From: an uncultured Oscillospiraceae bacterium
GTDB taxonomy: Bacteria; Bacillota; Clostridia; Oscillospirales; Oscillospiraceae
Direction: 5' to 3'
DNA length: 64,000 nt
NCBI GenBank assembly: GCA_947626315.1
Contig: CANQRQ010000012.1
Coordinates: forward strand, 3,458 to 67,457
Shown: positions 1-9,914 of the stretch, one piece after another
How positions within the stretch are numbered: position 1 is the stretch's first letter
How the letters are laid out: each line of letters opens with the position of its first letter
Notes under the pieces: model-generated
The model's input: only the letters and a program-made list of their open reading frames with translations
Told to the model about the DNA's origin: nothing
Database searches by the model: none
Program-made: the position numbers and the translations under genes

Positions 1-700
1 TCCCCAGCTCCGGAAGCCAGTCGGCGTTCATCCGGGCGAGCTGGGCGGCGACGGCCCGTTTCCGGCCCCGGGGCTTCTCCATGACCTCCAGCCGGCCCTC
101 GTCATTCACATGGAGCATGGGCTTGATCTGCAGGGCGGTGCCCAGCACCGCCGTGGCGGCGGACACCCGCCCGCCGTGCTTCAGGTGGTCAAACACGTCC
201 ACCGTGAACCAGTGGCAGACCAGCAAGCTGTTGGCATGCACCCAGGAGGCCAGCTCCTGGATGCCCAGGCCCTCGGCCTTCTTCCGGGCGATCTCCCGGA
301 TAAGAAAGCCCTGCCCCACCGAGGCGCAGAAGGTATCCACGCAGAGAATGGTCCGCTCCGGGTACTTCTCCTTAAGATCCCGGATGCAGAGCTGGGCGGA
401 TTGATAGGTCCCGGAGAGGCCGGAGGTGAGGGGGAAGTAGATCAGGTCCTGCCCCGCCTCCAGCACCGGCTCAAACCAGGGGAGAAAGGCCCCCGGCGCG
501 ATCTGGGAGGTGGTGGCGAAATGCCCCGCCCGCTGGAGGGCGTAGAAGGCCTCGACGGTGAGATCCCCGCCCGGCCCGTAAGTATATTCTTTTTCGCCGA
601 TCTCCACCTCCATCGGAATGAAGTGGACCGGCGGCAGCCCGTCCAGCATCTCCGGGCAGAGGTCGGCTGTGGTGTCCGCGAAAATTTGGTAATCGGTCAT
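1..700 (-). CDS. DegV family fatty-acid-binding protein (C-terminus runs off left edge)
   Basis: Absent from the ORF track because it is open at the window edge. Minus-strand ATG at 698-700 follows a GAGAGGAGAA RBS. Translation MTDYQIFADTTADLCPEMLDG...YFPLTSGLSGTYQSAQLCIRDLKEKY carries the DegV N-terminal and SGLSGTYQSA motifs. Confidence 0.8.
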   Translation of the reverse strand, partial: MTDYQIFADTTADLCPEMLDGLPPVHFIPMEVEIGEKEYTYGPGGDLTVEAFYALQRAGHFATTSQIAPGAFLPWFEPVLEAGQDLIYFPLTSGLSGTYQSAQLCIRDLKEKYPERTILCVDTFCASVGQGFLIREIARKKAEGLGIQELASWVHANSLLVCHWFTVDVFDHLKHGGRVSAATAVLGTALQIKPMLHVNDEGRLEVMEKPRGRKRAVAAQLARMNADWLPELG

Positions 701-747
701 AATGTTTTCTCCTCTCGGTTTCCCAACGCGGGCAGGCCGCGTCTGTC

Positions 748-793
748 CGCGTATGCATGCAGATAGCCCACGCGTATGCATGCGGATAGTCCA
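748..793. repeat. Tandem 23-bp direct repeat (2 units, 21/23 identical) in divergent degV/M48 promoter region
   Basis: cgcgtatgcatgcAgatagCcca (748-770) abuts cgcgtatgcatgcGgatagTcca (771-793). Each unit contains the GCATGC/ATGCAT palindrome. TTATAAAA follows directly. Confidence 0.6.
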
Positions 794-922
794 TTATAAA
801 AGAGGCCGCGGAAAAAGGCAAGAGCAAAATGAAAAAGAGGGAGCGCGCCGGGAAAAGGGCCCCCTTGAGAAAAGGGGAGACGGCAGTATCGTGTTCCCAA
901 GAGAAGGGAGGAGGACGAGGGA

Positions 923-1468
923 ATGGAAGTAGAAGTGATTCGCAGCGCCCGGAAGACCCTGGCCGTGGAAATCAGGGGGGACCGGCTGCTGATCCGGGCG
1001 CCGGCCCGGGCCACGGAGAGGGAGATCCGCGCCTTTCTGGAGCGGCACCGGGCCTGGATCGAAAAGCGGCTGGCCGCGGCCCAGGCCCGGCAGGCGGAGC
1101 TTAGGACAGTCCAAAAGCTCTCGGCGGAGGAGCTCCGCCAACTGAAGGAGCAGGCCCGGCAGCTGATCCCCCAGCGGGTAGCCCTGTACGCGCCGTTGGT
1201 GGGCGTGCGCTATGGGCGGATCAGCATCCGCTGCCAGCGGACCCGCTGGGGCAGCTGCAGCAGCCGGGGGAATCTGAGCTTCAACTGCCTGCTGATGCTG
1301 GCTCCTCCGGAGGTGCTGGACAGCGTGGTGGTCCACGAGCTGTGCCACCTGAAGGAGATGAACCACTCGCCCCGCTTTTACGCCCAGGTGCTCCGGGTGT
1401 TCCCGGATTACAAGAAACACCGCCGCTGGCTGAAGGAGAACGGCCCGCTTCTGATAATGCTTATATGA
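923..1468 (+). CDS. M48/YgjP-like (DUF45) zinc metallopeptidase
   Basis: 181-aa ORF with the HELCHLKEMNHSPRF (HExxH) motif typical of the YgjP/DUF45 family. GGGAGGAGGA RBS lies upstream of the ATG. Confidence 0.8.
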   Translation: MEVEVIRSARKTLAVEIRGDRLLIRAPARATEREIRAFLERHRAWIEKRLAAAQARQAELRTVQKLSAEELRQLKEQARQLIPQRVALYAPLVGVRYGRISIRCQRTRWGSCSSRGNLSFNCLLMLAPPEVLDSVVVHELCHLKEMNHSPRFYAQVLRVFPDYKKHRRWLKENGPLLIMLI

Positions 1469-1469
1469 T

Positions 1470-1640
1470 GGCGAAACGCCAAAAAGCGTTTCGCCGAGCA
1501 GCTTTGCTGCTCAGCAAAACAGCATTGCTGTTTTGCCATATACGCATTGCAATGAGCATCGCGCCAATGATTCTTTGAATCATTGGCTGCCAAACTTGTC
1601 GTTTGGCAGCGAAAACAATCGAACGCTCGATTGTTTTCGC
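1470..1640. other. Train of at least 6 abutting perfect stem-loops in the 3' region of the M48 gene
   Basis: Stems at 1470-1495 (10 bp), 1496-1512 (7 bp), 1514-1536 (10 bp), 1563-1587 (11 bp), 1588-1608 (8 bp) and 1609-1640 (14 bp). Loops are 3-6 nt. The sequences are unrelated to each other. Confidence 0.7.
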
Positions 1641-1673
1641 TATGCGATAATCATTATGGCCCGCCTGGGAGAT

Positions 1674-1717
1674 AAATAAATTTCAGCCTCCGATTTACCG
1701 GAGGCTGAAATTTATTT
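1674..1717. terminator. Bidirectional intrinsic terminator between convergent M48 and ugd genes
   Basis: aaataaatttcagcctccg-atttac-cggaggctgaaatttattt forms a 19-bp stem flanked by A/T runs on both sides. Confidence 0.8.
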
Positions 1718-1755
1718 CTGAAGGGCTGTTCCGGCCCTTCCTTGACAGGTTGCTT

Positions 1756-2979
1756 TTAATCTCTTCTGTACAGGTCCCGGGTGTAGACCTTGTCCTTCAC
1801 ATCGTCCAGGCAGCTGTCATAGCGGTTGGCGATGATCAGCCGGGAGCGGGCCTTGAAGGCGGCCAGATCGTTGACCACCGGGCTGCCGAAAAAGCTGCTG
1901 CCGTCGGCCAGCGTGGGCTCGTACACGATCACCGGCAGGCCCTTGGCCTTGAGCCGCTTCATCACGCCCTGCACGGAGCTGTTCCGGAAATTGTCGCTGC
2001 CGGTCTTCATGGTCAGCCGGTACACGCCGACGGCCCCGCCGGCATCCTCCGGACCTTTGCCGACGGCCCGCTCCAGAATCTGCCCGGCAATAAAATCCTT
2101 CCGGCCCCGGTTGCTCTCCACCACGGCCCGGATCAGACTGGCGGGCACGTCGGCGTAGTTGGCCAGCAGCTGCTTGGTGTCCTTGGGCAGGCAGTAGCCC
2201 CCGTAGCCGAAGGAGGGGTTGTTGTAATGGCTGCCGATGCGGGGGTCCAGGCACACGCCCCGGATGATGGACTGGGGGTCCAGGCCCCGGAGCTGGGCAT
2301 AGGTGTCCAGTTCATTGAAAAAGGAGATGCGCATGGCCAGATAGGTGTTGGCGAAGAGCTTGACCGCCTCCGCCTCTGTGTGCCCCATGAGCAGCACGGG
2401 CACATCCCGCTCCTGCGCCCCCTCCTGCAAAAGCCCGGCAAATTCCTCCGCCGCCCGCACCAGGGCCTCGTCCTCCGGGTCTGTCCCCACAATGATCCGG
2501 CTGGGGTGGAGATTGTCCCAGAGGGCCCGGCTCTCCCGGAGAAATTCCGGACTGAAGAGGATGGCTTTCCGCCCGGTCCGCTCCCGAAGGGCCTGGGTAT
2601 AGCCCACCGGGACGGTGGATTTGATCACCAGCAGCGCCTCCGGGCAGAGCTCCGCCGCCTGCGCCGCTACCGCGTCCACCGCGGAGGTGTCAAAATAATT
2701 ACGGTCCGGGTCATAGTCGGTAGGGGTGGCCACCAGGACCAGCTCGGCCCCCGCAAAGGCCTCCCGGGGGTCCGTGGTGACCCGCAGATCCAGCTTTCCG
2801 GAGGCCAGCCAGGCTTCGATATCCGCGTCCCGGATGGGAGATCTCTTCTCCCGGTTGATAAGCTCCGCCTTGGCCGGAGTCCGGCAGAGGGCGGTTACCC
2901 GGTTGTGCTGGGCCAGCAGCACCGCCAGGCTCAGCCCCACGTAGCCGACGCCGGCTACTGCAATTCTCTTTCCGCTCAT
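1756..2979 (-). CDS. ugd: UDP-glucose 6-dehydrogenase
   Basis: 407 aa. N-terminal Rossmann motif [11 protein letters not shown], catalytic [12 protein letters not shown], and family-typical length. Confidence 0.9.
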   Translation of the reverse strand: MSGKRIAVAGVGYVGLSLAVLLAQHNRVTALCRTPAKAELINREKRSPIRDADIEAWLASGKLDLRVTTDPREAFAGAELVLVATPTDYDPDRNYFDTSAVDAVAAQAAELCPEALLVIKSTVPVGYTQALRERTGRKAILFSPEFLRESRALWDNLHPSRIIVGTDPEDEALVRAAEEFAGLLQEGAQERDVPVLLMGHTEAEAVKLFANTYLAMRISFFNELDTYAQLRGLDPQSIIRGVCLDPRIGSHYNNPSFGYGGYCLPKDTKQLLANYADVPASLIRAVVESNRGRKDFIAGQILERAVGKGPEDAGGAVGVYRLTMKTGSDNFRNSSVQGVMKRLKAKGLPVIVYEPTLADGSSFFGSPVVNDLAAFKARSRLIIANRYDSCLDDVKDKVYTRDLYRRD

Positions 2980-2997
2980 GGCCTGAGGCCTCCTTGT

Positions 2998-5772
2998 TTA
3001 AGGGATGCTGTTTTGAGCCAGGATCATGGGATCCTCATATAGGGTCCAGTTGTCCTTGTCCCAGATGCTGTCCTTGACGCTGAGCCACTGGGCGGGGAGG
3101 AAGGTGCTGCCGTTGTTAAAAGCGATAGACCAGTCGTTGGAGACAATGATGTATTGCTCATGGGCAGTCTTCTCGCTGCTGCTGACCGGGTTGCCGGTGA
3201 AGGGGTTGACCGGGTCCTCGATCAGGCCCTCCAAGGCCAGGGTAGGCACATCCGCCTGGGTCATGAATTCACTGGAGACGGTGAAGCCCTGACTGTCAAA
3301 GTCCTTCACCATCAGAAGCGGGAAATAGAAGCCGGCGTCGATTTTCCCCTCCCCGCCGAGGTTCAGTTCGTCCAGCTGATAGAGGCGCTGGCCGTGGTCC
3401 GACGCCAGGATGATCCGGGTGTTGTCGTAGACGCCGTTTTCCCGCAGATAGTCAAACCAGCTTCCCAGGCGGAGCAGCGCGGCCATGTTGGCCTGATAGT
3501 GGCTCATCTGGTATCCGCTTGTCACCTTAAGCGTCCGCCCATTCACGGTAAAACGGCTGCTGTGTTCCGCATCGTAGGCACGGTTGTCCACCTCCAGGGC
3601 GGGAACATAGTCCGGCTCCTGAAGCAGCATGGGCTCATGGGGCGTGTCATTGGTCATGAGGAGAACGCTTCCCTGCCCGCCGTCGGTGAACCGGGTCATC
3701 TCCACCATGTTTTCCAGAACCCGGTAGGACACCATGAAGGCGTCTTTGTAGCCGGTGGAGACGGACATGCCCTCCATGGTCTGCGAGACGTAAATGCCGC
3801 CGCCGGCGTTGTAGGGGTCTGGCTGGTGGTACAGGCTGTTGCCGTAGATCGTGGGCTGGAGGAAGAGCGGCATAGTCTTCATGAGGCTGTAGCAGAAGAA
3901 GCTCCGGTGCCGGTTTTGAATACTCAGCTCCATTTCCGCGGGGTCGTTGAACCAGCCCTTGGTGATATAGGCCTTAATTCCGGGATAGCCGTCATAAATA
4001 CTCAGGTCCGGAACTGCCTGATAGTTCGCGTAGACCGGGTCGCAAACGGTGACCGCGTACCCGTTTTCGGAGAAGAGCGCCGGCAGCAGCTTAAGCGCCT
4101 CGTTCTGCTTCTCCACCAGGGGCAGCTCGCTGCGCCGGTTCATCTCCACTGGGGTGTACTCGTAGCCGCCGAACAGGGCGGGGGAACCGAAATTGGTAAA
4201 GCCGCCGAAGGAGATCACATTGTCATAGTAGGTAAAGCCGTCAAACTGCTCCTCCAGCTCAGGCTTTTCCTGAAAGAGATAGGGAATGTATTGGCCCATA
4301 GCCCGGTCCAGCATGAGCACCACCACGTTTTTCCCGGTCTTGCTGAGCGAAAGCTGGGGATCCCTGACGCCGGAGGCAACGACGGGGGTAATTTCTTCCA
4401 CCGCGCTGCTTATGACCGCCAGGTTTCGGGCGGACATCAGACTCAGGGAGACAAGAGCCACGGCCAGCAAGCCTTTCACTGCCCGTCTCCATTTGACGGA
4501 GAACAGCAGGAGGACCGCTGCCGCGGCGGCCAGCACCAGCAGGTTGACCAGCTGTTCCGTCCGGGAAAACTCCAGGCCGTTTTCAAATTGAAGAAAGGAA
4601 GTGATCAGGCCCAGGTCTGTGCCGAAGAACATGTAGTCGGTCAGCATGCCCCCGCACAGGACCCAGATCAGCTTTTCAAACAGACATTTCCCCCTGAGAC
4701 TGGCCAGCCAGTAGAACACCCCCAGCCAGACCAGGAAAAACCCAGCGGCCATGGAGAGAGAACTGGCCAGATACCACAGAGGATGGTAAAAATAGCTGAT
4801 GTCCGTAAACTCCTGGGGAGAAGAGGCCAGAAGGGCGGAGGGAATCAGAAGGCCCACCAGCACTGTCAGGAAGGCCGCGCCCAGCCAGAAAAGCCTCCGG
4901 TCCGGCCGGGGCTCCCTCTCCCCCCGGAACAGGGGGAGCTTCTTCAAAAGCGGGAGGAAGAGCGGCAGCAGCAGGGCAAGGCCCAGCCCAGCTATCATGA
5001 CCCGCCGGCGGAGCGGGCCGGCTCGGTAAAGGAACACGGCAAAAAGCAGGAGCGCGGCCCCCGCCGCGGCGGAGAGCCAACTGAGTACCCGGCCGGGGTG
5101 CTTCAGCTTGTAGAAGATGTTCTTGACCAGGGAGAAGAGGTTGTTCAGCGTCCAGTAGAAGGTCAGGGCGGCGGGGGAGCCGTAGAGAAAGACCAAAAAG
5201 ACCAGGGCCATGGCATAGAGCTGCGCCTTGGCTTTCAGCGGGAAGCCCTTCAGATAGACGGCCCCGGAGATCAGGTTGACGGCAGTCATGAGAAGGGGCA
5301 GCAGGTTGATGCTCAGCCCGCCCAGGACCAGCAGCCCGTCCGGCGCGCCCAGGTCCGCAATGGGCCCGAAGGCCACGCCCTGCAGCAGCTCCAGATGGGA
5401 GAGAAACTGGTAGGCCGCCAGAAAGAAGGGGATCTCCAGCAGGAGGGAGACTGAGCCGTGGAGGGCGTCCGTAGGCCGGTAGTTGTTCTGCCGGTAGTAG
5501 GTCTGGAGCATCATCATCCGCTCGTCCCCGGAGAAGCTCTTTTTGATGTGGGCCACGCCGTCGTGGAGCCGGGCCTCCGTGTCCCGGCTGGCCTCCTGCA
5601 TGGCGTCCGCCCGCCGGTACAGGGGCAGGACCAGGAGGTTCATAGCCAGGCTCAGAAAGACGATGGCCGTGCCCGGATGCCCGGTGATGCGGTTGGCATA
5701 GTCGAACAGCACCTCAAAGACCAGCTTTAATGGCCCGATCAGCAGGGTCTCCAAAATGGAAAAAAAGCTCAT
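2998..5772 (-). CDS. Fusion protein: N-terminal YidC/Oxa1-type insertase domain, polytopic linker, and C-terminal LtaS/sulfatase-like (alkaline-phosphatase superfamily) ectodomain
   Basis: 924 aa. Residues 1-225 resemble YidC/SpoIIIJ (LLVLPLYRRADAMQ..., YYRQNNYRP, FYWTLNNLFSLV). Many TM helices follow. The C-terminus has NVVVLMLDRAMGQY, GGFTNFGSP and ILASDHGQ sulfatase/LtaS-type motifs. Its start overlaps the tagF-like stop (ATGA). Confidence 0.75.
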   Translation of the reverse strand: MSFFSILETLLIGPLKLVFEVLFDYANRITGHPGTAIVFLSLAMNLLVLPLYRRADAMQEASRDTEARLHDGVAHIKKSFSGDERMMMLQTYYRQNNYRPTDALHGSVSLLLEIPFFLAAYQFLSHLELLQGVAFGPIADLGAPDGLLVLGGLSINLLPLLMTAVNLISGAVYLKGFPLKAKAQLYAMALVFLVFLYGSPAALTFYWTLNNLFSLVKNIFYKLKHPGRVLSWLSAAAGAALLLFAVFLYRAGPLRRRVMIAGLGLALLLPLFLPLLKKLPLFRGEREPRPDRRLFWLGAAFLTVLVGLLIPSALLASSPQEFTDISYFYHPLWYLASSLSMAAGFFLVWLGVFYWLASLRGKCLFEKLIWVLCGGMLTDYMFFGTDLGLITSFLQFENGLEFSRTEQLVNLLVLAAAAAVLLLFSVKWRRAVKGLLAVALVSLSLMSARNLAVISSAVEEITPVVASGVRDPQLSLSKTGKNVVVLMLDRAMGQYIPYLFQEKPELEEQFDGFTYYDNVISFGGFTNFGSPALFGGYEYTPVEMNRRSELPLVEKQNEALKLLPALFSENGYAVTVCDPVYANYQAVPDLSIYDGYPGIKAYITKGWFNDPAEMELSIQNRHRSFFCYSLMKTMPLFLQPTIYGNSLYHQPDPYNAGGGIYVSQTMEGMSVSTGYKDAFMVSYRVLENMVEMTRFTDGGQGSVLLMTNDTPHEPMLLQEPDYVPALEVDNRAYDAEHSSRFTVNGRTLKVTSGYQMSHYQANMAALLRLGSWFDYLRENGVYDNTRIILASDHGQRLYQLDELNLGGEGKIDAGFYFPLLMVKDFDSQGFTVSSEFMTQADVPTLALEGLIEDPVNPFTGNPVSSSEKTAHEQYIIVSNDWSIAFNNGSTFLPAQWLSVKDSIWDKDNWTLYEDPMILAQNSIP

Positions 5773-6998
5773 TTCTCTTCCCCTCCCAGGGCCTCATAGC
5801 GCTCCAACAGATAATCCACCGTGCGCGCGGCGCCTTCCCCCTTGTGTGCCCAGGTCTCCTCAAGGACCCGGCGCCGGCTCTCGGCGTATTTGGGGTCATC
5901 CAGGCAGGCGTCGATCAGCTCCTTTAAGCTGCCCAGGTTCTCCTCTGTCAGCTCCTGGCCAAGCCGGGGCAGCGCGCCCACGGTCCAGGGAGGCTCTTTC
6001 AGCCACCAGGCGTCGTAGACGCTCAGATCAAACTTAGGGTCCGTATAGAGCACCGGCTTGTCGTAGACCAGGGCAAAGTCAAAGATGACCCCGGAGAAAT
6101 CGGAGATCAGAATATCCGAGCGGCGGAGCACCTCAAAGTTGTCCGCGTCCCGGTTCCATTCCAGCTGCCCGGAGGCGGGATACTCCCCCATGAGCCTGTC
6201 GATCATTTCTTTCTCCGAGGTGAAGGACTGGGGGTGAGGCCGCACGATCACATGGTAGCCGGTCTGCAGCAGCAGGTCCAGGATCCGGCTGCCGTAGACG
6301 CTGAACAGGGCGCTGGGCCCCCAGGACGGGGCCAGCAGTACCGTGCGCGGGTGCGCCGGAGCGGGCCCCGCCTGCTCCAGCCGGGCGGCCATCTCGTCCA
6401 TATAGGGGATCCCCACCAGCCGCAGCTCCTTGGCAGGCAGGCCCCGCAGCTGCTCCAGGGCCCGAATCTGCCGCTCCTGATATTCCCCGGAGAGCAGAAC
6501 GGCGTCATAGTAGTCCAGCCCGAACATCCGGTACATGGTCAGGTCGCTGGCCGCGTGGGGCAGGTGCACATAGTACCGCACCTCCCGGGAGCGCTTCCAC
6601 TGATACACGTCCAGGCCGGGGGTGGTGGACAGCAGAATGCCGGCCCGCAGAATGTTCAGCCGGGCATAGGCCCGGTTCCCCTTGCCGATAAACTCCGCCT
6701 TCACATGGGGATAGGAGCTGCTCAGAGCCGGGTCGTCCTCCGAGGCGGTCATATAGACCAGGTCCTGCCCCCGCCGGTCCATCTCCCGGCAGATGGGCTC
6801 AAAAACAGTCCAATACCGCTTGTCATCAGAAAAGATCACAAAGGGAACGGTCTTCCCGTCCTCCTGTGCCTTACCGCCGCTGAGCCGGAAGCGGAGCTTG
6901 ATAAACAACATCCGCAGCGAATACAGGGCGGCGCCCACGATTCCGATCAGGACAGTAAACAGCATGCTCCCCGTGCCGGGGTCAATATACAGCCGCAT
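5769..6998 (-). CDS. CDP-glycerol glycerophosphotransferase (TagB/TagF family) with N-terminal TM anchor
   Basis: The ORF track extends to 7049. I prefer the ATG at 6998 (MRLYIDPGTGSMLF...), which has an AGAGG RBS 9 nt upstream. The C-terminal SDILISDFSGVIFDF motif is typical of TagF-like enzymes. Confidence 0.75.
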   Translation of the reverse strand: MRLYIDPGTGSMLFTVLIGIVGAALYSLRMLFIKLRFRLSGGKAQEDGKTVPFVIFSDDKRYWTVFEPICREMDRRGQDLVYMTASEDDPALSSSYPHVKAEFIGKGNRAYARLNILRAGILLSTTPGLDVYQWKRSREVRYYVHLPHAASDLTMYRMFGLDYYDAVLLSGEYQERQIRALEQLRGLPAKELRLVGIPYMDEMAARLEQAGPAPAHPRTVLLAPSWGPSALFSVYGSRILDLLLQTGYHVIVRPHPQSFTSEKEMIDRLMGEYPASGQLEWNRDADNFEVLRRSDILISDFSGVIFDFALVYDKPVLYTDPKFDLSVYDAWWLKEPPWTVGALPRLGQELTEENLGSLKELIDACLDDPKYAESRRRVLEETWAHKGEGAARTVDYLLERYEALGGEEK

Positions 6999-7100
6999 AC
7001 AAAAACCTCTATTCGCATAAGCTGCCGAAAAAAAGCAGCAAATGCACAATTCCGGCGATTATCTTAACACAAAACAGAGACGCACGCAATAGAAAACACG

Positions 7101-7140
7101 GCAAAAAACGGACCGCGCCGGTTTGCCCGGCGCGGTCCGT
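7101..7140 (-). terminator. Intrinsic terminator downstream of the small coiled-coil gene
   Basis: acggaccgcgccgg / ccggcgcggtccgt forms a 14-bp GC stem, followed on the minus strand by TTTTTTGC. Confidence 0.85.
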
Positions 7141-7158
7141 ATGGGATGTTTGCTGCTT

Positions 7159-7410
7159 TTACAGCTCCAGGCCAAGCTTTGCGGCCACCTCTTTGGGGGA
7201 GAGGCCGGCCTCCTTGGCTTTGTCCAGAACGTCCTTCATGGTGAGAGGGTGCAGAAGCGCCTGCTTCTTGGCCTCCAGCTCGGCGATCTCCGCCTGCTTC
7301 TTCGCGATCTTTTCGTCGATCAGAACGATGCGCTCTTCAATGGATTTTCCAGCCAATTTATGGTCCCAACCTTTCTTGAAGTGATGGTCTAAGCTTACAC
7401 GTTTGGGCAT
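7159..7410 (-). CDS. Small (83 aa) coiled-coil protein, unknown function
   Basis: Clean ORF with a heptad-like KKQAEIAELEAKKQALL segment and a strong terminator downstream. There is no obvious Shine-Dalgarno, so the start is uncertain. Confidence 0.5.
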   Translation of the reverse strand: MPKRVSLDHHFKKGWDHKLAGKSIEERIVLIDEKIAKKQAEIAELEAKKQALLHPLTMKDVLDKAKEAGLSPKEVAAKLGLEL

Positions 7411-7469
7411 TTCTTGTCAAGGATAATCTTGTCGAAAAGCACCCCGGCCCGGAATGCTTCCTCCGGCGC

Positions 7470-8531
7470 TCAGTCCATGTACCGCTCGCTGAAGCTGCGG
7501 GCGGGGATCACGTCCGAGAGGCCGGTCAGGACCGCGCGCAGACAGTCAAAATCACCGGAGCGGGGAGCCCGGAGCGCCCCCGCCGCCAGAGGCGAGCGGC
7601 GGGAGAACGAGGCCCGCACCGAGGTGCCTGAGCCGGGGCGGCTCTCCAGCAGGAGGGTGCCGCCGTGGAGCAGCGTGACCGTGCGGGCGGCGGTCAGCCC
7701 CAGGCCGGTGCCCCCGTTCATAGAGGAGGCGTCAAAGTTGTGCTGATAGCGGTCAAATACCAGGGGCAGCAGGCTCGGGTCAATGCCGCAGCCGTCGTCG
7801 CTGACGGAGAGGAGCACGCTCTCCTTGGCGTCGGTCAGGGTGATGTGGATCCGGCTGAGGCCGCCGGCGTGGACCAGGCAGTTGGAGATCAGGTTCAAAA
7901 GCAGCTGGCTCAGCAGCGCCGGGTCCGCCGGGATGGTGATATTGGAGCCCAGGTCGGTGTGAAAAGCCACGCCCGTATAGAAGAAAGCGGCGGTCTCCAC
8001 CAGATCCTGGTAGAATTCAGAGAGGTTCAGCTCCACCGCCGAGGCCTGGAGCAGCCCCCGGGAGACGTCCAGGATCAGAGAGGTGTTGGCGATAAGCCGG
8101 TTGAGCTGGTAGCAGCTGCGGGTGAGGGCGGCCACGCACTCGAGAATGACCCGGTCCCCGCTGCTCTCCGCCAGGTCCCGGATCCGGTCGGCGGAGAGGC
8201 TCATGTTCATGAGCGTGTTGCGCATGGAGCAGAGGAAGGAGTCGTTCAGCAGGGCAGGGGAGGGCTCCGTGCTGGAGAAGAAAAACAGCTGCTCCTCCTC
8301 CCGCCGGTTCATGCGGATGATATAGTGCTTCCCGCCCAGGGGCACGCCCGCCACAAAAGCGGGGGCCTGGGCGGCGGCCAGCTCCTCCCCAAAGACGGCC
8401 CGGACGCTTTTGCCCACGCAGCCCTCGCCGAGGATGCGGGACGCGGCGGAGTTGGCGTAGACGATCCGGCCGCCGCGGACCACCACGGCGGCCTCCGAGG
8501 TAAGAGCAAGAATATCGGTTGAATGGCTCAT
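7470..8531 (-). CDS. Soluble histidine-kinase-like protein (PAS-like + DHp-like + HATPase_c) lacking the phospho-acceptor His
   Basis: The ATPase domain has an N-box (NLISNCLVHAG), G1 (DDGCGID) and G2 (GGTGLGL). The H-box position reads FLCSMRNTLMN where FLANMSHELRTP is expected. No TM segment. GGGAGAGAAG RBS. Confidence 0.75.
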   Translation of the reverse strand: MSHSTDILALTSEAAVVVRGGRIVYANSAASRILGEGCVGKSVRAVFGEELAAAQAPAFVAGVPLGGKHYIIRMNRREEEQLFFFSSTEPSPALLNDSFLCSMRNTLMNMSLSADRIRDLAESSGDRVILECVAALTRSCYQLNRLIANTSLILDVSRGLLQASAVELNLSEFYQDLVETAAFFYTGVAFHTDLGSNITIPADPALLSQLLLNLISNCLVHAGGLSRIHITLTDAKESVLLSVSDDGCGIDPSLLPLVFDRYQHNFDASSMNGGTGLGLTAARTVTLLHGGTLLLESRPGSGTSVRASFSRRSPLAAGALRAPRSGDFDCLRAVLTGLSDVIPARSFSERYMD

Positions 8532-8847
8532 GGCTTCTCTCCCTTTCTGCCGCCGGCAGATCAGAGGGGCGGCGGCCGCTCAATCCGCGCCGAAGACGCG
8601 GAAAATCCCCTGAAAAGTTTCTGCTTTTTGAAGATTATACCAAAAATCGACAAAATACACAATACTTGGCGGAAAATAAGCGGAATTCAGACGAAAATTT
8701 CGGCATAATTTTGTGAAAAATACATAGGCGGAAAGCTTGATTTTTGTTGATATTATATGTTAAACTTTAGGCGTTAAAAAGAAGGCGCCCCATGTATTTT
8801 CTGGCAAACCGCCCCTGACAGGGCTTTTGCATATTCGTACCCGCTAA

Positions 8848-9897
<1,050 letters not shown>

Positions 9898-9914
9898 GCA
9901 AAAGCCTCTTTAAA

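Noticed and set aside
1470-1640. The hairpin train as a CRISPR array or an integron attC array.
   Set aside because: There is no repeated unit and no spacer periodicity, and each palindrome is different. No cas or intI gene is nearby.
3154-5454. 766-aa plus-strand ORF antisense to the YidC::LtaS-like gene. Similar cases are 16799..19237 (antisense PBP1A), 24438..26552 (antisense ABC operon), 11481..13373 (antisense flippase), 14751..16655 and 8767..9873.
   Set aside because: Same reasoning: these are shadow ORFs of well-supported genes, with compositionally implausible proteins.
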